Source: Longimicrobiales bacterium (lineage in GTDB: Bacteria > Gemmatimonadota > Gemmatimonadetes > Longimicrobiales > Gaopeijiaceae). Taken from it: a DNA stretch of 64,000 nt. Where the stretch lies: positions 4,704,001 through 4,768,000 of the forward strand of contig OZ250165.1 in NCBI GenBank assembly GCA_965238005.1, in the 5' to 3' direction. The translations under genes were made by a program, and so were the position numbers. The notes below the pieces were generated by a model. It did not search any database, had not been told where the DNA came from, and saw only the letters and a list, made by a program, of their open reading frames with translations. Below are positions 38,833-48,750 of the stretch, piece by piece (position 1 is the first letter of the stretch; each line of letters opens with the position of its first letter).

Positions 38833-39483
38833 TTACCCATGAGGCACCTGCTCCACCCCTCCTGGAATCCCCCACCGACAAAAGGCGTCTCCACGGGCCT
38901 CACAGGCCAGATGATCCACTGCCGGTGCGCCGTGGATCGTGGCGTTCAAAACGGCAGAGCAGAGACCCGACACGAGGGCGCATGCGTCACCACCGGGGTC
39001 ACTCTGCATGAAGAGGAGCGCACGACCCTCCAAGGTGAAGCCACCGCGTGCGAACCCCCCCAAGCGTCTTCCGAACAAAGCCTTCAGCCGGCGGCGAACG
39101 TGCCGACGGGCAAGGGCCAATGCCAGCCTGCGGGGCGTGAACCGAGACCGACGATCGTTCTGCTTGTTCGCGAGCCGCCTGCCGCACTCGAAGAACACGT
39201 CCTCGGAGTCGGGCCTCTTGATGACGAGACGCACCAGATTCCCGAACTCTTCGTCGGAGATCTTCCGCCCTCGCCTCGTCTCGTCTTGATAGCTGCGGAT
39301 CTGGCGCTCCACGACATCGCTCAGCCCCAGCCGCCGGGGCATGGTGACGGACGTGTCCTCCTCCTCGAAAACCTCGGAGGGTCGATCATGCGCACGAATG
39401 ACCTCCAGAAACGTGAGGGCGACCAGGGCAGAGACCCGTGGGCGTCCGTTGGCGGCAGGCTTGTGAGTTTGGCTGTGGCGCAT
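38833..39483 (-). CDS. Hypothetical protein with V4R-like C-terminus
   Basis: CALVSG...HLACEARGDAFCRW matches the V4R Cys pattern. Confidence 0.7.
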   Translation of the reverse strand: MRHSQTHKPAANGRPRVSALVALTFLEVIRAHDRPSEVFEEEDTSVTMPRRLGLSDVVERQIRSYQDETRRGRKISDEEFGNLVRLVIKRPDSEDVFFECGRRLANKQNDRRSRFTPRRLALALARRHVRRRLKALFGRRLGGFARGGFTLEGRALLFMQSDPGGDACALVSGLCSAVLNATIHGAPAVDHLACEARGDAFCRWGIPGGVEQVPHG

Positions 39484-39884
39484 CGCGATGGTTTCGGTGA
39501 TCGCCGGTCCTCGAGGGGATCTGCCTCAACCTCAACGGGTGCGGCCTGGGGAGGCAGATGGCTACGGCTAATCTCGCTGAGCATCCCGCAACCGGCAACG
39601 CACCCGTCTCAAGACACATCTCGAGCCCGTACCGATATGAGAGTGACATCTCATTGCGCCGGTCGTATATAGCGATACGACTACCGACGATCAGGTTTTA
39701 CACCGTCTTGTTGGGGCGGGTGCAGTGTAACGGGAATCGTGCGGCCACCCTGGGGGGGCTGGTTTCGAGCCGCGACGACCGTTCCTCCATCCGCCCTTCG
39801 TCGTTTCCGATTGTTCCATCCCCCGGATAGCTTGGGTCTGACACCGGCCCGCCGAAGCACCTGCACCGATCTGAACCATCACGA

Positions 39885-41002
39885 ATGAAGCGGTACCCGA
39901 CATACGACCCGCCGGAATACCTGGAATGGACTCCGGATCTGGGATCGTCGATGCGTACGAGCGCGCGGTCCTGGAGGACGAGGAGCGGGCCGAGATCATC
40001 GCCGACCTGGACGGGGCACGGCTGGGCACCCTGTACCGCGACCTGTTGCTCACCCGCTTGCACGACATCGGACTCAAGCGATGGGTTCGGCAGGGTGTGC
40101 TTACGAAGGCGTGGCTGGGCACTGGCGAAGAGGCCGTCACGGTGGGCTCGGTCTCGGCGCTCGACTGTGAGCGAGACTTGGTCTGCCCCATGATCCGGAA
40201 TGCCGGTGCCTGCCATATGATGGGCATGCCCATGGCCGATCTATTCAGAGCCTATCTGGCTACCGCCGACTCGCCCAGTGGCGGGCGCGACCTCCATGCC
40301 GGCGATCCGTCGGTAGGGGTCATACAACCCATCAGCCACATGGGCACGAGCGTCGCGGTCATGGCGGGTGTGGCGCTGGCATTCAAGCTACGGGGCGAGG
40401 ATCGTGTCGCCATGACTTGGGTGGGCGATGGGGCGACCCGTACCGCCGCCTGCCACGAAGGGATGAACTTCGCCGCTGTCCAAGATCTCCCCGTGGTCTT
40501 CGTGATACAGAACAACCAAGTCGCCCTCGGCACACGACTCGACCAGCACGGGGCCGGAGACATGGCGCACTGGCCGGACATGTATGGCATCCCTTCCTGG
40601 GCCGCCGATGGAAAGAACGTCCTGGACGTACTCGCGACCACGACCCTAGCCGTTCGCCGATGTCGGGAAGGACGCGGGCCGGCTGTCGTGCTGGCGGAGA
40701 CTTTCCGTATGGGTGGACACGCGACCCACGACGAGGGCGAGGCCCGCGCCACGTTCCCGGCGGAGATGTTCGAGACCTGGGGACGCCGGGATCCCGTGGG
40801 GCTCTTCGAGGAGTTACTGAAGAAGAAAGGAATCTCTCAGGCGCAGTTGGCCTCCATCGAGGAAGAGGCGGCTGCCCTCGTGGATGGGGCCGCAGAGGCG
40901 GCTCTCACCTCGCGGGACGATCTCCCGAAGCCCGAGCAGGCGCTATACACAGGCTTCTCACAGGGGGGTCGCTTGGCTAACCTAGAGCGTCGGCCCGTAT
41001 GA
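39885..41002 (+). CDS. TPP-dependent 2-oxoacid dehydrogenase E1 alpha (frameshift near 39940)
   Basis: GEEA, GDGAT...QNNQ and RMGGHATHD. The N-terminus MKRYPTYDPPEYLEWTPD is in a different frame from GIVDAYERA. Confidence 0.85.
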
Positions 41003-41069
41003 GGTCACGCGCCCCGTCCCGGCAGGAGGGGCCTTGTAGCCGAGTATCCGACGGAGCATATTTCAAACT

Positions 41070-41088
41070 GAAAGTGAGAATCATTATT
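41070..41088. promoter_or_regulatory. Fur-box-like site
   Basis: GAAAGTGAGAATCATTATT matches GATAATGATAATCATTATC at 15/19. Confidence 0.6.
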
Positions 41089-41117
41089 GGTAATCGAGAT
41101 GCCATAGTCGAAGCCCG

Positions 41118-41789
41118 ATGACTCTCACCGACGGCCGTACCTCACTGGAACACCACATGGTAAAGTCGAACATAGACGAGCAGTTAGCGACGTATGTCTT
41201 GGAGGAACCCCTCGCTCAACTCAGTGACGAAGACCTGGTCACCGCTCACCTCCAAGGCCGAAACGGCGCCTTCGAAGACCTCTACGAGCGCTATCACGAT
41301 CGCCTAGTCCACTTCGTCACCCGCAAGACCGGCGACGGCGACAGGGCCCAGGATCTCGTTCAGGAGGCCTTCATTCGCGTGACCCGACACCTCCATCGGT
41401 TCGACACGACTAAGAAGTTCTCTACCTGGGTCTACACCATCGCCAGTAACCTCGCCAAGAACGAGCTGCGCAACCGATCCCGCAGTCCTCTCATTCTCTT
41501 CCAGCGGCTCACCGGCAATTGGGACGACGACCACCGGCCCCTTCAGTTCGAGGACTTCCGCATGAGGCCCGACGACCTCTACCGGAAGCGATTCCTGAGA
41601 CGCCTCGTCGAGGCCACAGTCGAGGAGTTGCCGGAGCACCACCGGTTGGTGTTCAGGCTCCGTGAGCTCGAGGGAAAAAGCTACCAGGAGATCGCCCAGA
41701 TCACCGGCGTCAACCTCGGAACCGTGAAGAGCCGGCTGCATCGTGCCAGGAACTCATTCGCCCAGAGGATCGAGCCCTTCCTCAATTAG
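41118..41789 (+). CDS. ECF sigma-70 factor
   Basis: AQDLVQEAF, FSTWVYTIA and SYQEIA...GTVKSRLHRAR. Confidence 0.93.
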   Translation: MTLTDGRTSLEHHMVKSNIDEQLATYVLEEPLAQLSDEDLVTAHLQGRNGAFEDLYERYHDRLVHFVTRKTGDGDRAQDLVQEAFIRVTRHLHRFDTTKKFSTWVYTIASNLAKNELRNRSRSPLILFQRLTGNWDDDHRPLQFEDFRMRPDDLYRKRFLRRLVEATVEELPEHHRLVFRLRELEGKSYQEIAQITGVNLGTVKSRLHRARNSFAQRIEPFLN

Positions 41790-41814
41790 GCACGATGTTC
41801 CACAATTAGGCACC

Positions 41815-42477
41815 ATGTTCGACAAGCTGCGCCGAGCCTTCCGGGAAGCCGTAGACAACTTCAAGGAAGAACTGGACCGGGATGACGTCCCGGAGGCCGT
41901 GGATCGTCTCCTGAGGGAAATGAAGCGCGAGGCCGCAGACACCCAGGCCGAGACCAAGCGGCTTGAGGCGGCCATCAAGAAAGCCCTCGAGGCCACCGAG
42001 ACCGAAAAGCGCGAGGGCGAGACTTGCCGGCGGCGGGAGAAGATGGCCTCCGAGATCGGTGATGAGGAGACCGCCCGGGTCGCCCGGGAGTACGCCGAGA
42101 AGCATGAGCACCGCCGGGACGTCCTCGAACAGAAGGGCTTGGCCCTCAAGGAGGAGCTGGACATGCGGCGGGGCGAGTTCCGGGAGATGATCGAGGCGAT
42201 CAAGAGCGCCGAGAAGAATCGGGAGAAGCTCACGGCAACCGCCGGACGGGCGTCGGCACGGAATTCCATCGAAGGGGCGGACGATCTATTCGCCGAGCTG
42301 GATCGCATCACCAGCGACATCGAAGACGACGATGCTCGTCGAGAGGCCCACCTGGAAGTGGACGAGGCGCTGGACGACGATCCTCTGGAAGAGTTCAGAT
42401 CGGCTCCGGAGCCACCCCCCATTGACGTGGACGCTCGATTGGAAGCACTGAAACGTGCCATGGGGAAAGACGAGTAG
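41815..42477 (+). CDS. PspA/IM30-like coiled-coil protein
   Basis: All-helical, GDEETARVA, C-terminal VDARLEALKRAM. Confidence 0.75.
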   Translation: MFDKLRRAFREAVDNFKEELDRDDVPEAVDRLLREMKREAADTQAETKRLEAAIKKALEATETEKREGETCRRREKMASEIGDEETARVAREYAEKHEHRRDVLEQKGLALKEELDMRRGEFREMIEAIKSAEKNREKLTATAGRASARNSIEGADDLFAELDRITSDIEDDDARREAHLEVDEALDDDPLEEFRSAPEPPPIDVDARLEALKRAMGKDE

Positions 42478-42481
42478 GACC

Positions 42482-42518
42482 AGAAGGCTGCCCACTGTAC
42501 TTCCTCAACAGCCTTCTA
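42482..42518. repeat. Collapsed MITE type B remnant between convergent genes
   Basis: AGAAGGCTG...CTGTACTTCCTCAACAGCCTTCTA; the right part is the exact reverse complement of 18385-18408. Confidence 0.7.
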
Positions 42519-43022
42519 CTCCAGGTCCAACTCTTCCCCGGCCTCGGCGAGCTCGCGGAAGAAGAGCAGGCCGGCACACTCTCCCGCCAGAAAGAGCAGG
42601 TCCTCCCTCGTCCCAGCCGTCACGGGTTCGTTGGCGGCACCGCGATCATCCAGCACGAGAAACCAGCTCTTGCCGTTTCGGCTCCCAAGATACACCGCCA
42701 ACTCGTCGCCCTCCTCGAGGACCGTGGGTGCCTCCCCGACGTCATCGCCTTCGACAACCGGGAGCGTGAAGTCCGTCCGGGCGGGCTCCGCCGCCAGGTC
42801 CAGGACGAAGAGCGCCTGCGGCTCGGAGTCTCCCTCGGCCACCCAAACCAGGCCCCCCCTTCCGCCACCGACCAGGTAGATCGACCGCCAGATGGGTAGG
42901 GCGAAGCGCGATCGCTCCCCGTCACCACCCCAAACGGAGAAGCTGCTGCGCGAGCCGTCCGGTTCCCCATCGGCGGGGGCTCGGCCCCGATACCTGGTCA
43001 GATCGATGACATCGTCGTTCAC
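42516..43022 (-). CDS. Hypothetical protein
   Basis: Protein-like ORF (VNDDVIDLTRY...LLFLAGECAGLL); TACGGT sits 6 nt before the GTG. Confidence 0.7.
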   Translation of the reverse strand: MNDDVIDLTRYRGRAPADGEPDGSRSSFSVWGGDGERSRFALPIWRSIYLVGGGRGGLVWVAEGDSEPQALFVLDLAAEPARTDFTLPVVEGDDVGEAPTVLEEGDELAVYLGSRNGKSWFLVLDDRGAANEPVTAGTREDLLFLAGECAGLLFFRELAEAGEELDLE

Positions 43023-43282
43023 GATCCAACCGTAGACCCGCGGGCCCCGGGGCGCAATGAGATCCGCATGGGGTGAGGCAGAGGGCCCACAATTGAGCTC
43101 GCTAACGCTCGCTCGTCTCGGCGGTCGCCTCCCAGGCCACATCGCGGCAACGGCCGACTGACGCCTCGGCTCGGTTCACCTGGGGTCCTGCCGGTGGCGC
43201 CAATCGGCGGATCATTTAGATTCTCCTTCCTGAGGCCTCGGCCTTTGACATCGAGACCACGCTTGACCCCAAACGGTGACCA

Positions 43283-43561
43283 ATGGAGAACTGGATCGGC
43301 ATCGGCATCTGGATCGTGATGGGAGCCTTTGTCGGCCTCCTCATGCGGATGGCCATCAAACGACCGGAAGAGACCTCCGGTCACGTCCCTCTCCTCATGG
43401 TGCTCGGCGCCTTCGGTGCCGTCATCGGGGGCATGCTGGGAGTCGGTATATTTGAGTTTGACGAACCCCTCGCGCTGAGCGCCGGCGGAATGGGCGGTGC
43501 CCTGGCGTTTTCAGCGTTGATGAGCTTCGTCTACCGGTGGGGCATTCGCGGTCTCATCTGA
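43283..43561 (+). CDS. GlsB/YeaQ/YmgE-like small membrane protein
   Basis: Three Gly-rich TM helices (WIVMGAFVG, LGAFGAVIGG). Confidence 0.75.
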   Translation: MENWIGIGIWIVMGAFVGLLMRMAIKRPEETSGHVPLLMVLGAFGAVIGGMLGVGIFEFDEPLALSAGGMGGALAFSALMSFVYRWGIRGLI

Positions 43562-43589
43562 TCGGTAGGACGACCGGTGTTGGACATGT

Positions 43590-43621
43590 AAGAGGCGGCG
43601 GCCCGCAGGCCGGCGCCTCTT
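43590..43621. terminator. Possible intrinsic terminator hairpin
   Basis: AAGAGGCG...CGCCTCTT stem; weak U tail. Confidence 0.35.
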
Positions 43622-43649
43622 CGTATACCCCTCTTCAAGAAGATCGAGC

Positions 43650-45011
43650 ATGAGTGACGTTCAGAGGTACGTCGGAGAAGGACTGCAGCGCTTTACAGAA
43701 GAGATCTTCGACTTCCTACGGATCCCTTCCATAAGCGCCAAGTCGGACCACAACGCCGACACCCGCCAAGCCGCCGAGTGGCTGCAGGCGAAGCTGGTAG
43801 ACGCCGGTCTTCAGGCTGAGGTCATCGATACGGCCGGTCATCCGATAGTGCTGGGGGAGTGGCGGGGTGCCGGTGACGACGCCCCCACAGTCCTTGTGTA
43901 CGGTCACTACGACGTGCAGCCTCCCGAGCCACTGGAGCTCTGGGAGTCTCCGCCTTTCGAGCCGGAGTTCCGGGAGGGTCGTCTCTACGCCCGTGGCTCG
44001 GCCGACGACAAAGGTCAGCTCTACCTTCATGTGAAGGCGGCTGAGGCGCATCTGAAGGCCGGGGGCGGACTCCCGGTGAACCTCATCATCCTGGCCGAGG
44101 GCGAGGAAGAGGTGGGCTCGCCCAACCTGGTGCCCTTTGTCGAGGCGAACAGGGACCGGTTGACGTGCGACACCGTCGTCATCTCTGATACGGCGATGTT
44201 CGCCCCGGGGCTTCCCTCTCTCCTCTTTTCGCTGCGGGGCCTCGCCTACTGCGAGATCCACGTGGACGGACCGTCCAGCGATCTGCATTCCGGCAGCTAC
44301 GGCGGGCCCGTCGTGAACCCCGCCATGGCCCTCTCGCAGATCCTGGCCACTCTGTTCGATGACGACGGCCGCATCGCCATCGACGGCTTCTACGACGATG
44401 TCCTCGAATGGGACGCCGAGACTCGGGACGCCATCGGGAGCCTGCCCTTCGACGAGGAGGAGTTCGCCGAGTCGGTCGGAGCTACCCTTGCGGGTGGTGA
44501 GAGCGGGTACTCGGTCCCCGAAAGGCTCTGGACCCGGCCTACCTGCGAAGTGAACGGGCTGCTCTCGGGTTACACTGGCGAGGGGGCGAAGACAGTGCTC
44601 CCGGGCAAGGCCATGGCCAAGGTGAGCTTCCGCCTGGTGGCGGACCAGAATCCCAGGCGCGTTTACGAGCTACTGCAGGCACATGTCGCCAAGGTCGCTC
44701 CTGCGGGCGTCACGGTCCGGGTCGAGGAGCTCCACGGCGGCATGCCCTGGCGGGCCCAGCTGAGCGAGAGTCTCAAGGAGGCCGCCACGACGGCTTTGAT
44801 GAAGGCGTTCGGGGCGGCACCGGTCCTGGCCGGCGAGGGCGGAAGCATACCCATTGTGGGAGAGTTCGAGCGAATCCTCGACGCCCCCGCCCTACTCCTC
44901 GGCTTCTCCCTTCCGGGAGCCAATCTGCACGCGCCCAACGAATGGTTTCCGGAGGAGCACATCGAGAAGGGCATCCGGGCTCTGGCCTACCTCTACCAGG
45001 AGCTCGGCTAG
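43650..45011 (+). CDS. M20-family dipeptidase
   Basis: YGHYDVQP, RGSADDKG, EGEEE, DLHSG and HAPNE. Confidence 0.93.
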   Translation: MSDVQRYVGEGLQRFTEEIFDFLRIPSISAKSDHNADTRQAAEWLQAKLVDAGLQAEVIDTAGHPIVLGEWRGAGDDAPTVLVYGHYDVQPPEPLELWESPPFEPEFREGRLYARGSADDKGQLYLHVKAAEAHLKAGGGLPVNLIILAEGEEEVGSPNLVPFVEANRDRLTCDTVVISDTAMFAPGLPSLLFSLRGLAYCEIHVDGPSSDLHSGSYGGPVVNPAMALSQILATLFDDDGRIAIDGFYDDVLEWDAETRDAIGSLPFDEEEFAESVGATLAGGESGYSVPERLWTRPTCEVNGLLSGYTGEGAKTVLPGKAMAKVSFRLVADQNPRRVYELLQAHVAKVAPAGVTVRVEELHGGMPWRAQLSESLKEAATTALMKAFGAAPVLAGEGGSIPIVGEFERILDAPALLLGFSLPGANLHAPNEWFPEEHIEKGIRALAYLYQELG

Positions 45012-45095
45012 TGTTCCGTTGCCGAAGTTCGCGAGCCACCAAGAGGGTCGGGGCGCCGTGCCCTCGACTGGCCGAGACACTTTGGTAACGGGACA
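45012..45095 (+). mobile_element. Mini-MITE (84 bp) related to type A
   Basis: Imperfect TIRs TGTTCCGTTGCCGAAGT / ACTTTGGTAACGGGACA with CTAG on both sides. AAGTTCGCGAGCCACC and TGGCCGAGACACTT are shared with type A. Confidence 0.8.
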
Positions 45096-46595
45096 CTAGT
45101 CCCCCGGTGCCAGCATGGCGCCGGCCCTCAAGAGGGCCCGTGCCTTGTTGAGCGTCTCCTCGTACTCGCGACCCGGATCCGAGTCGGCCACGATACCGGC
45201 ACCCGCCTGGACATACGCGGTGCCATCCTTCACCACGACGGTTCGGATCGTGATGGCCGTATCCATGGCGGCTCCTCCCCAGCCGAAGTGACCCACAGCC
45301 CCGGCGTATGGGCCCCTCTTGACCGGCTCTAGCTCGTCGATGATCTCCATGGCACGGACCTTGGGGGCCCCCGAGACCGTACCGGCGGGAAAGCACGCCC
45401 GGAACACATCCATGGACGACAGGCCCGGCCGGAGCTTCCCCTCCACCTGGCTGACCAGGTGCATGACGTGGGAGTAACGCTCCACCAACATCAGGTCGGG
45501 GACCGTGACCGAGCCGTATTCGGCGACCCGGCCCACGTCGTTGCGCCCCAGATCCACCAGCATGCGATGCTCCGCCAGCTCTTTTTCATCACTGGCCAGG
45601 TCCTGCGCCAGCGCCCGATCCTGCTCCGGGGTGGCTCCCCTGGGCCTCGTCCCGGCAATGGGCCTCACTGTCACGACGTCGTCCTCGACCCGGACCAGGA
45701 CCTCCGGTGAGCTCCCCACCAGGCAAAGGCCGTCGAGCTCCAGGAAGTAGAGGTAGGGGGACGGATTCAGCGACCGGAGCGCTCGATACAGGTCGAAGGG
45801 CCCGGCGGGAAGCTGCATCTCGAGGCGTTGACTCAAGACCACCTGAAATGCGTCACCGGCCATGATGTAATCACGGATCCGCTCCACGGCCGCCTCGAAT
45901 TCCTCGCGACTCATGGTGCTCGTGAAGCTCGGGTCCTCGTCCGGCTCGGGGCCCAGCTCCAATGGAGGCGGAGATGGCTCCTCCCACAGCCGCGACACGA
46001 GGTCGTGTGTCTTCTCGGCCGCCAGATCGTACCGCCTGCGGAGCTCCTCTTCGTTCAGGCCCTCCTCCACCTCGACGGTGGCGATGGCCATGGCGCGCCC
46101 CAGGAGATTGTCGATGGCGAGCACGACATCGATGAAGACGAAGAGGCCGTCAGGAAGATGCAGATCGTCCGGGGGGCCATCGGGCAAGTGCTCGATCTGG
46201 CGCACCACGTCGTACCCGAAGTACCCTACGGCGCCTCCCCACAGCCGGGGCAGGCCCCCGGTGGTGAGGGGTTGACGAGCTCGCAGCCGTTCGTCGAGAT
46301 CGGCCAGAGCGTCGTCGGTGGCGATGGGCGCCCAGCTGTCACCCCGAGTCCACAGCTCGGCCCGGCCCTGGATCAGGCGCCAAGCTTCGGCGGGCTCGCT
46401 CCCCAGAAAGGTGTATCGGGCCCACTGCTCACCGCCGACCACGGACTCGAGCAGAAAGCCGAACGGGGAGCGTCGGATTTTGGCATAGGCGGTGACGGCG
46501 GTGTCCACATCGAACAGGAACTCCCTCCACACCGGGAGGACGCCGCCGCGGTTCGCCTGGGCGCGGAACTCTTCGAAGCTGGGCTTGAGCTGCAT
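45096..46595 (-). CDS. trpE: Anthranilate synthase component I
   Basis: LLESV, LNPSPY, GSSPE, PIAGTR, EHRMLVDLGRND and GTVSGAPK. Confidence 0.95.
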   Translation of the reverse strand: MQLKPSFEEFRAQANRGGVLPVWREFLFDVDTAVTAYAKIRRSPFGFLLESVVGGEQWARYTFLGSEPAEAWRLIQGRAELWTRGDSWAPIATDDALADLDERLRARQPLTTGGLPRLWGGAVGYFGYDVVRQIEHLPDGPPDDLHLPDGLFVFIDVVLAIDNLLGRAMAIATVEVEEGLNEEELRRRYDLAAEKTHDLVSRLWEEPSPPPLELGPEPDEDPSFTSTMSREEFEAAVERIRDYIMAGDAFQVVLSQRLEMQLPAGPFDLYRALRSLNPSPYLYFLELDGLCLVGSSPEVLVRVEDDVVTVRPIAGTRPRGATPEQDRALAQDLASDEKELAEHRMLVDLGRNDVGRVAEYGSVTVPDLMLVERYSHVMHLVSQVEGKLRPGLSSMDVFRACFPAGTVSGAPKVRAMEIIDELEPVKRGPYAGAVGHFGWGGAAMDTAITIRTVVVKDGTAYVQAGAGIVADSDPGREYEETLNKARALLRAGAMLAPGD

Positions 46596-46646
46596 GGACC
46601 TCGTCCGTCACGTTAGGGGGGCCCCGGGTCGGGGCCTGGAGAACTT

Positions 46647-48636
46647 ATGAGCGAAGCGAGAAAGGGAAAGATCTGGCGGGTCGTCGCCGTCGACACGGGG
46701 GGTACCTTCACCGATATCCTCGTCCTCGACGCCGGCCGTCTCCGATCGCTCAAGGTACCCTCCACCCCCACCGATCCAGCCGACGCCGTCCTCGAGGGAC
46801 TCAGGACGCTGTTGGGCACGGGCGAAGGCGACTACCTGCTCCTTCACGGTTCCACCGTGGCCACGGAACGCCCTTCTGGAGCGAAAGGGCGCTCGGGTCA
46901 AGCTCGTCACCAACGCCGGCTTCGAGGATGTCATAGAGATTGGACGACAGAACCGGCCTCAGCTGTACGCCCTGGTCGGCCATCGCCCCAGTCCTCTGGT
47001 CCATCGAGACGACCGCGTCGGCATCCGCGGCAGAGTCGGACCGGAGGGCCAGGTGGTCGAGCCCCTCGACCAGGACGAGTTGGACGGTCTGGCCGAGCGG
47101 CTCGCTGGTGCTGAGTCCGTTGCAGTGGTCCTTCTCCACTCGTACGCGAACCCTGCGCATGAGGAGAGTGTCGCCGAAGCTCTGGCGGAGGTCTCTGTTC
47201 CTCTGTCGGTATCCGCAAGGCTGTTGCCCGAGTACCGGGAATACGAGCGAACATCCACGACAGTGGTGAACGCGTACGTGGCACCCCGCGTGTCCGCCTA
47301 CCTGGGCCGGCTGGATCGGGAGACCGGAGCGGAGCGGGTGAGGATCATGGGCTCCAACGGAGGATCGCTGCCGGTGAGCCGTGCGACCCGAGAGCCGATC
47401 CACACCGTACTGTCCGGCCCCGCGGGGGGAGTGGTGGGGGCGCTGGCGTGGGGACGCCTCGCCGGATTCGATCAGATTGTCTCATTCGACATGGGCGGCA
47501 CGTCCACCGACGTGTCTCTTTGCCCCGGTGGGCTCCTACACACACGGGAGTCCGAGATCGGGGGCCAGCCCGTGGCTGTCCCCGTCATCGATATCCACAC
47601 GGTGGGAGCAGGAGGAGGCTCCCTCGCTCGTGTCGACCCGGGCGGTGCGCTACGGGTGGGCCCCCAGTCCGCCGGTGCCGACCCCGGTCCCATCTGCTAA
47701 GGGAAGGGAGGGGACGCCGTCACGGTCACCGACGCCCACGTCTGGCTCGGTCGCCTTCCCGCCGATGCCTTTCTGGGTGGTGAAGGTACGCTCGACCGGA
47801 ACGGAATCGAGCCCACGCTTGCCAGCCTTGCCGAGAGCCTGGACGCGAGCCTCGAGGACACTGCCGAGGGGATTCTGGCTGTGGCCGACTCGGCCATGGA
47901 GCGAGCCCTCCGTGTTATCTCCGTGGAGCGCGGGTACGACCCAGCCGACTTCGCGCTCGTTGCGTTCGGAGGTGCCGGCGGACTCCACGCTGCGGGCCTC
48001 GCCCAAAAGCTGGGTGCCGACCGCGCTATCGTCCCACCCACGCCGGGCCTCCTTTCGGCCTACGGCATGCTGGCGGCCGACGTGACCCGCGAGACGTCAC
48101 GGACGGTGCTGATCTCCACCGAGACGCCCTCTGGAGAGAGACGCATAAAGGAGGTGTATCTGGAGCTCGAGAGGCACACGCTCGAGGCGATCCGACAGGA
48201 GGACGTGGAGGACGCGACAATCGAGCTCCACCGGTGGGTCGACGCTCGCTACGCCGGGCAGAGCTTCGAGCTCCAGGTGCCGGGCACGGACTGGGTGGCT
48301 GCCTTCCACGCTCTTCACCAGGAGAGGTACGGCTACCGGCGGGAGGGCACTCCGGTGGAGGCCGTTACCCTTCGGGTGGTCGCCTCTGCACCCGGTCCCG
48401 AACTGGAGCTCCAGCGCCTTCCTCCCACCACGGGGCCCGCCACCCTCAGCCCCACTCAGGTGCACGTAGATGGGCGCTGGGTGGAGGCTGGCCGTGTCTG
48501 GCGGAGCAAGATTTCTCCCGGACACGAACTGGAAGGGCCGGCGGTGGTTTCGGAGTACAGCTCCACCACATGGGTTCCGGAAGGGTGGCGGCTGACGGTG
48601 GACGACTGGGGGAACCTGCACCTCACGACAAGGTAG
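46647..48636 (+). pseudogene. Hydantoinase A / 5-oxoprolinase family, disrupted
   Basis: DTGGTFTD, HGSTVAT, SGPAGG, DMGGTSTD and AFGGAG. Frameshift near 46868 and an in-frame TAA at 47698-47700 (PIC*GKGG, normally Tyr). Confidence 0.85.
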
Positions 48637-48750
48637 CACGAGCGCGGTGGGCCTCTTTGAAGGCGGCACACGACTGAGCGGCCACTCCTTGGTGATCCTC
48701 TTCAAGTGCTATCTTGGGGCCCGCCGAGCAGCACTCCAGCGAAGGGCGAG

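Noticed and set aside
47698..47700. TAA readthrough or alternative genetic code
   Set aside because: TAA, TAG and TGA all terminate normal genes here, and the gene also has a frameshift.
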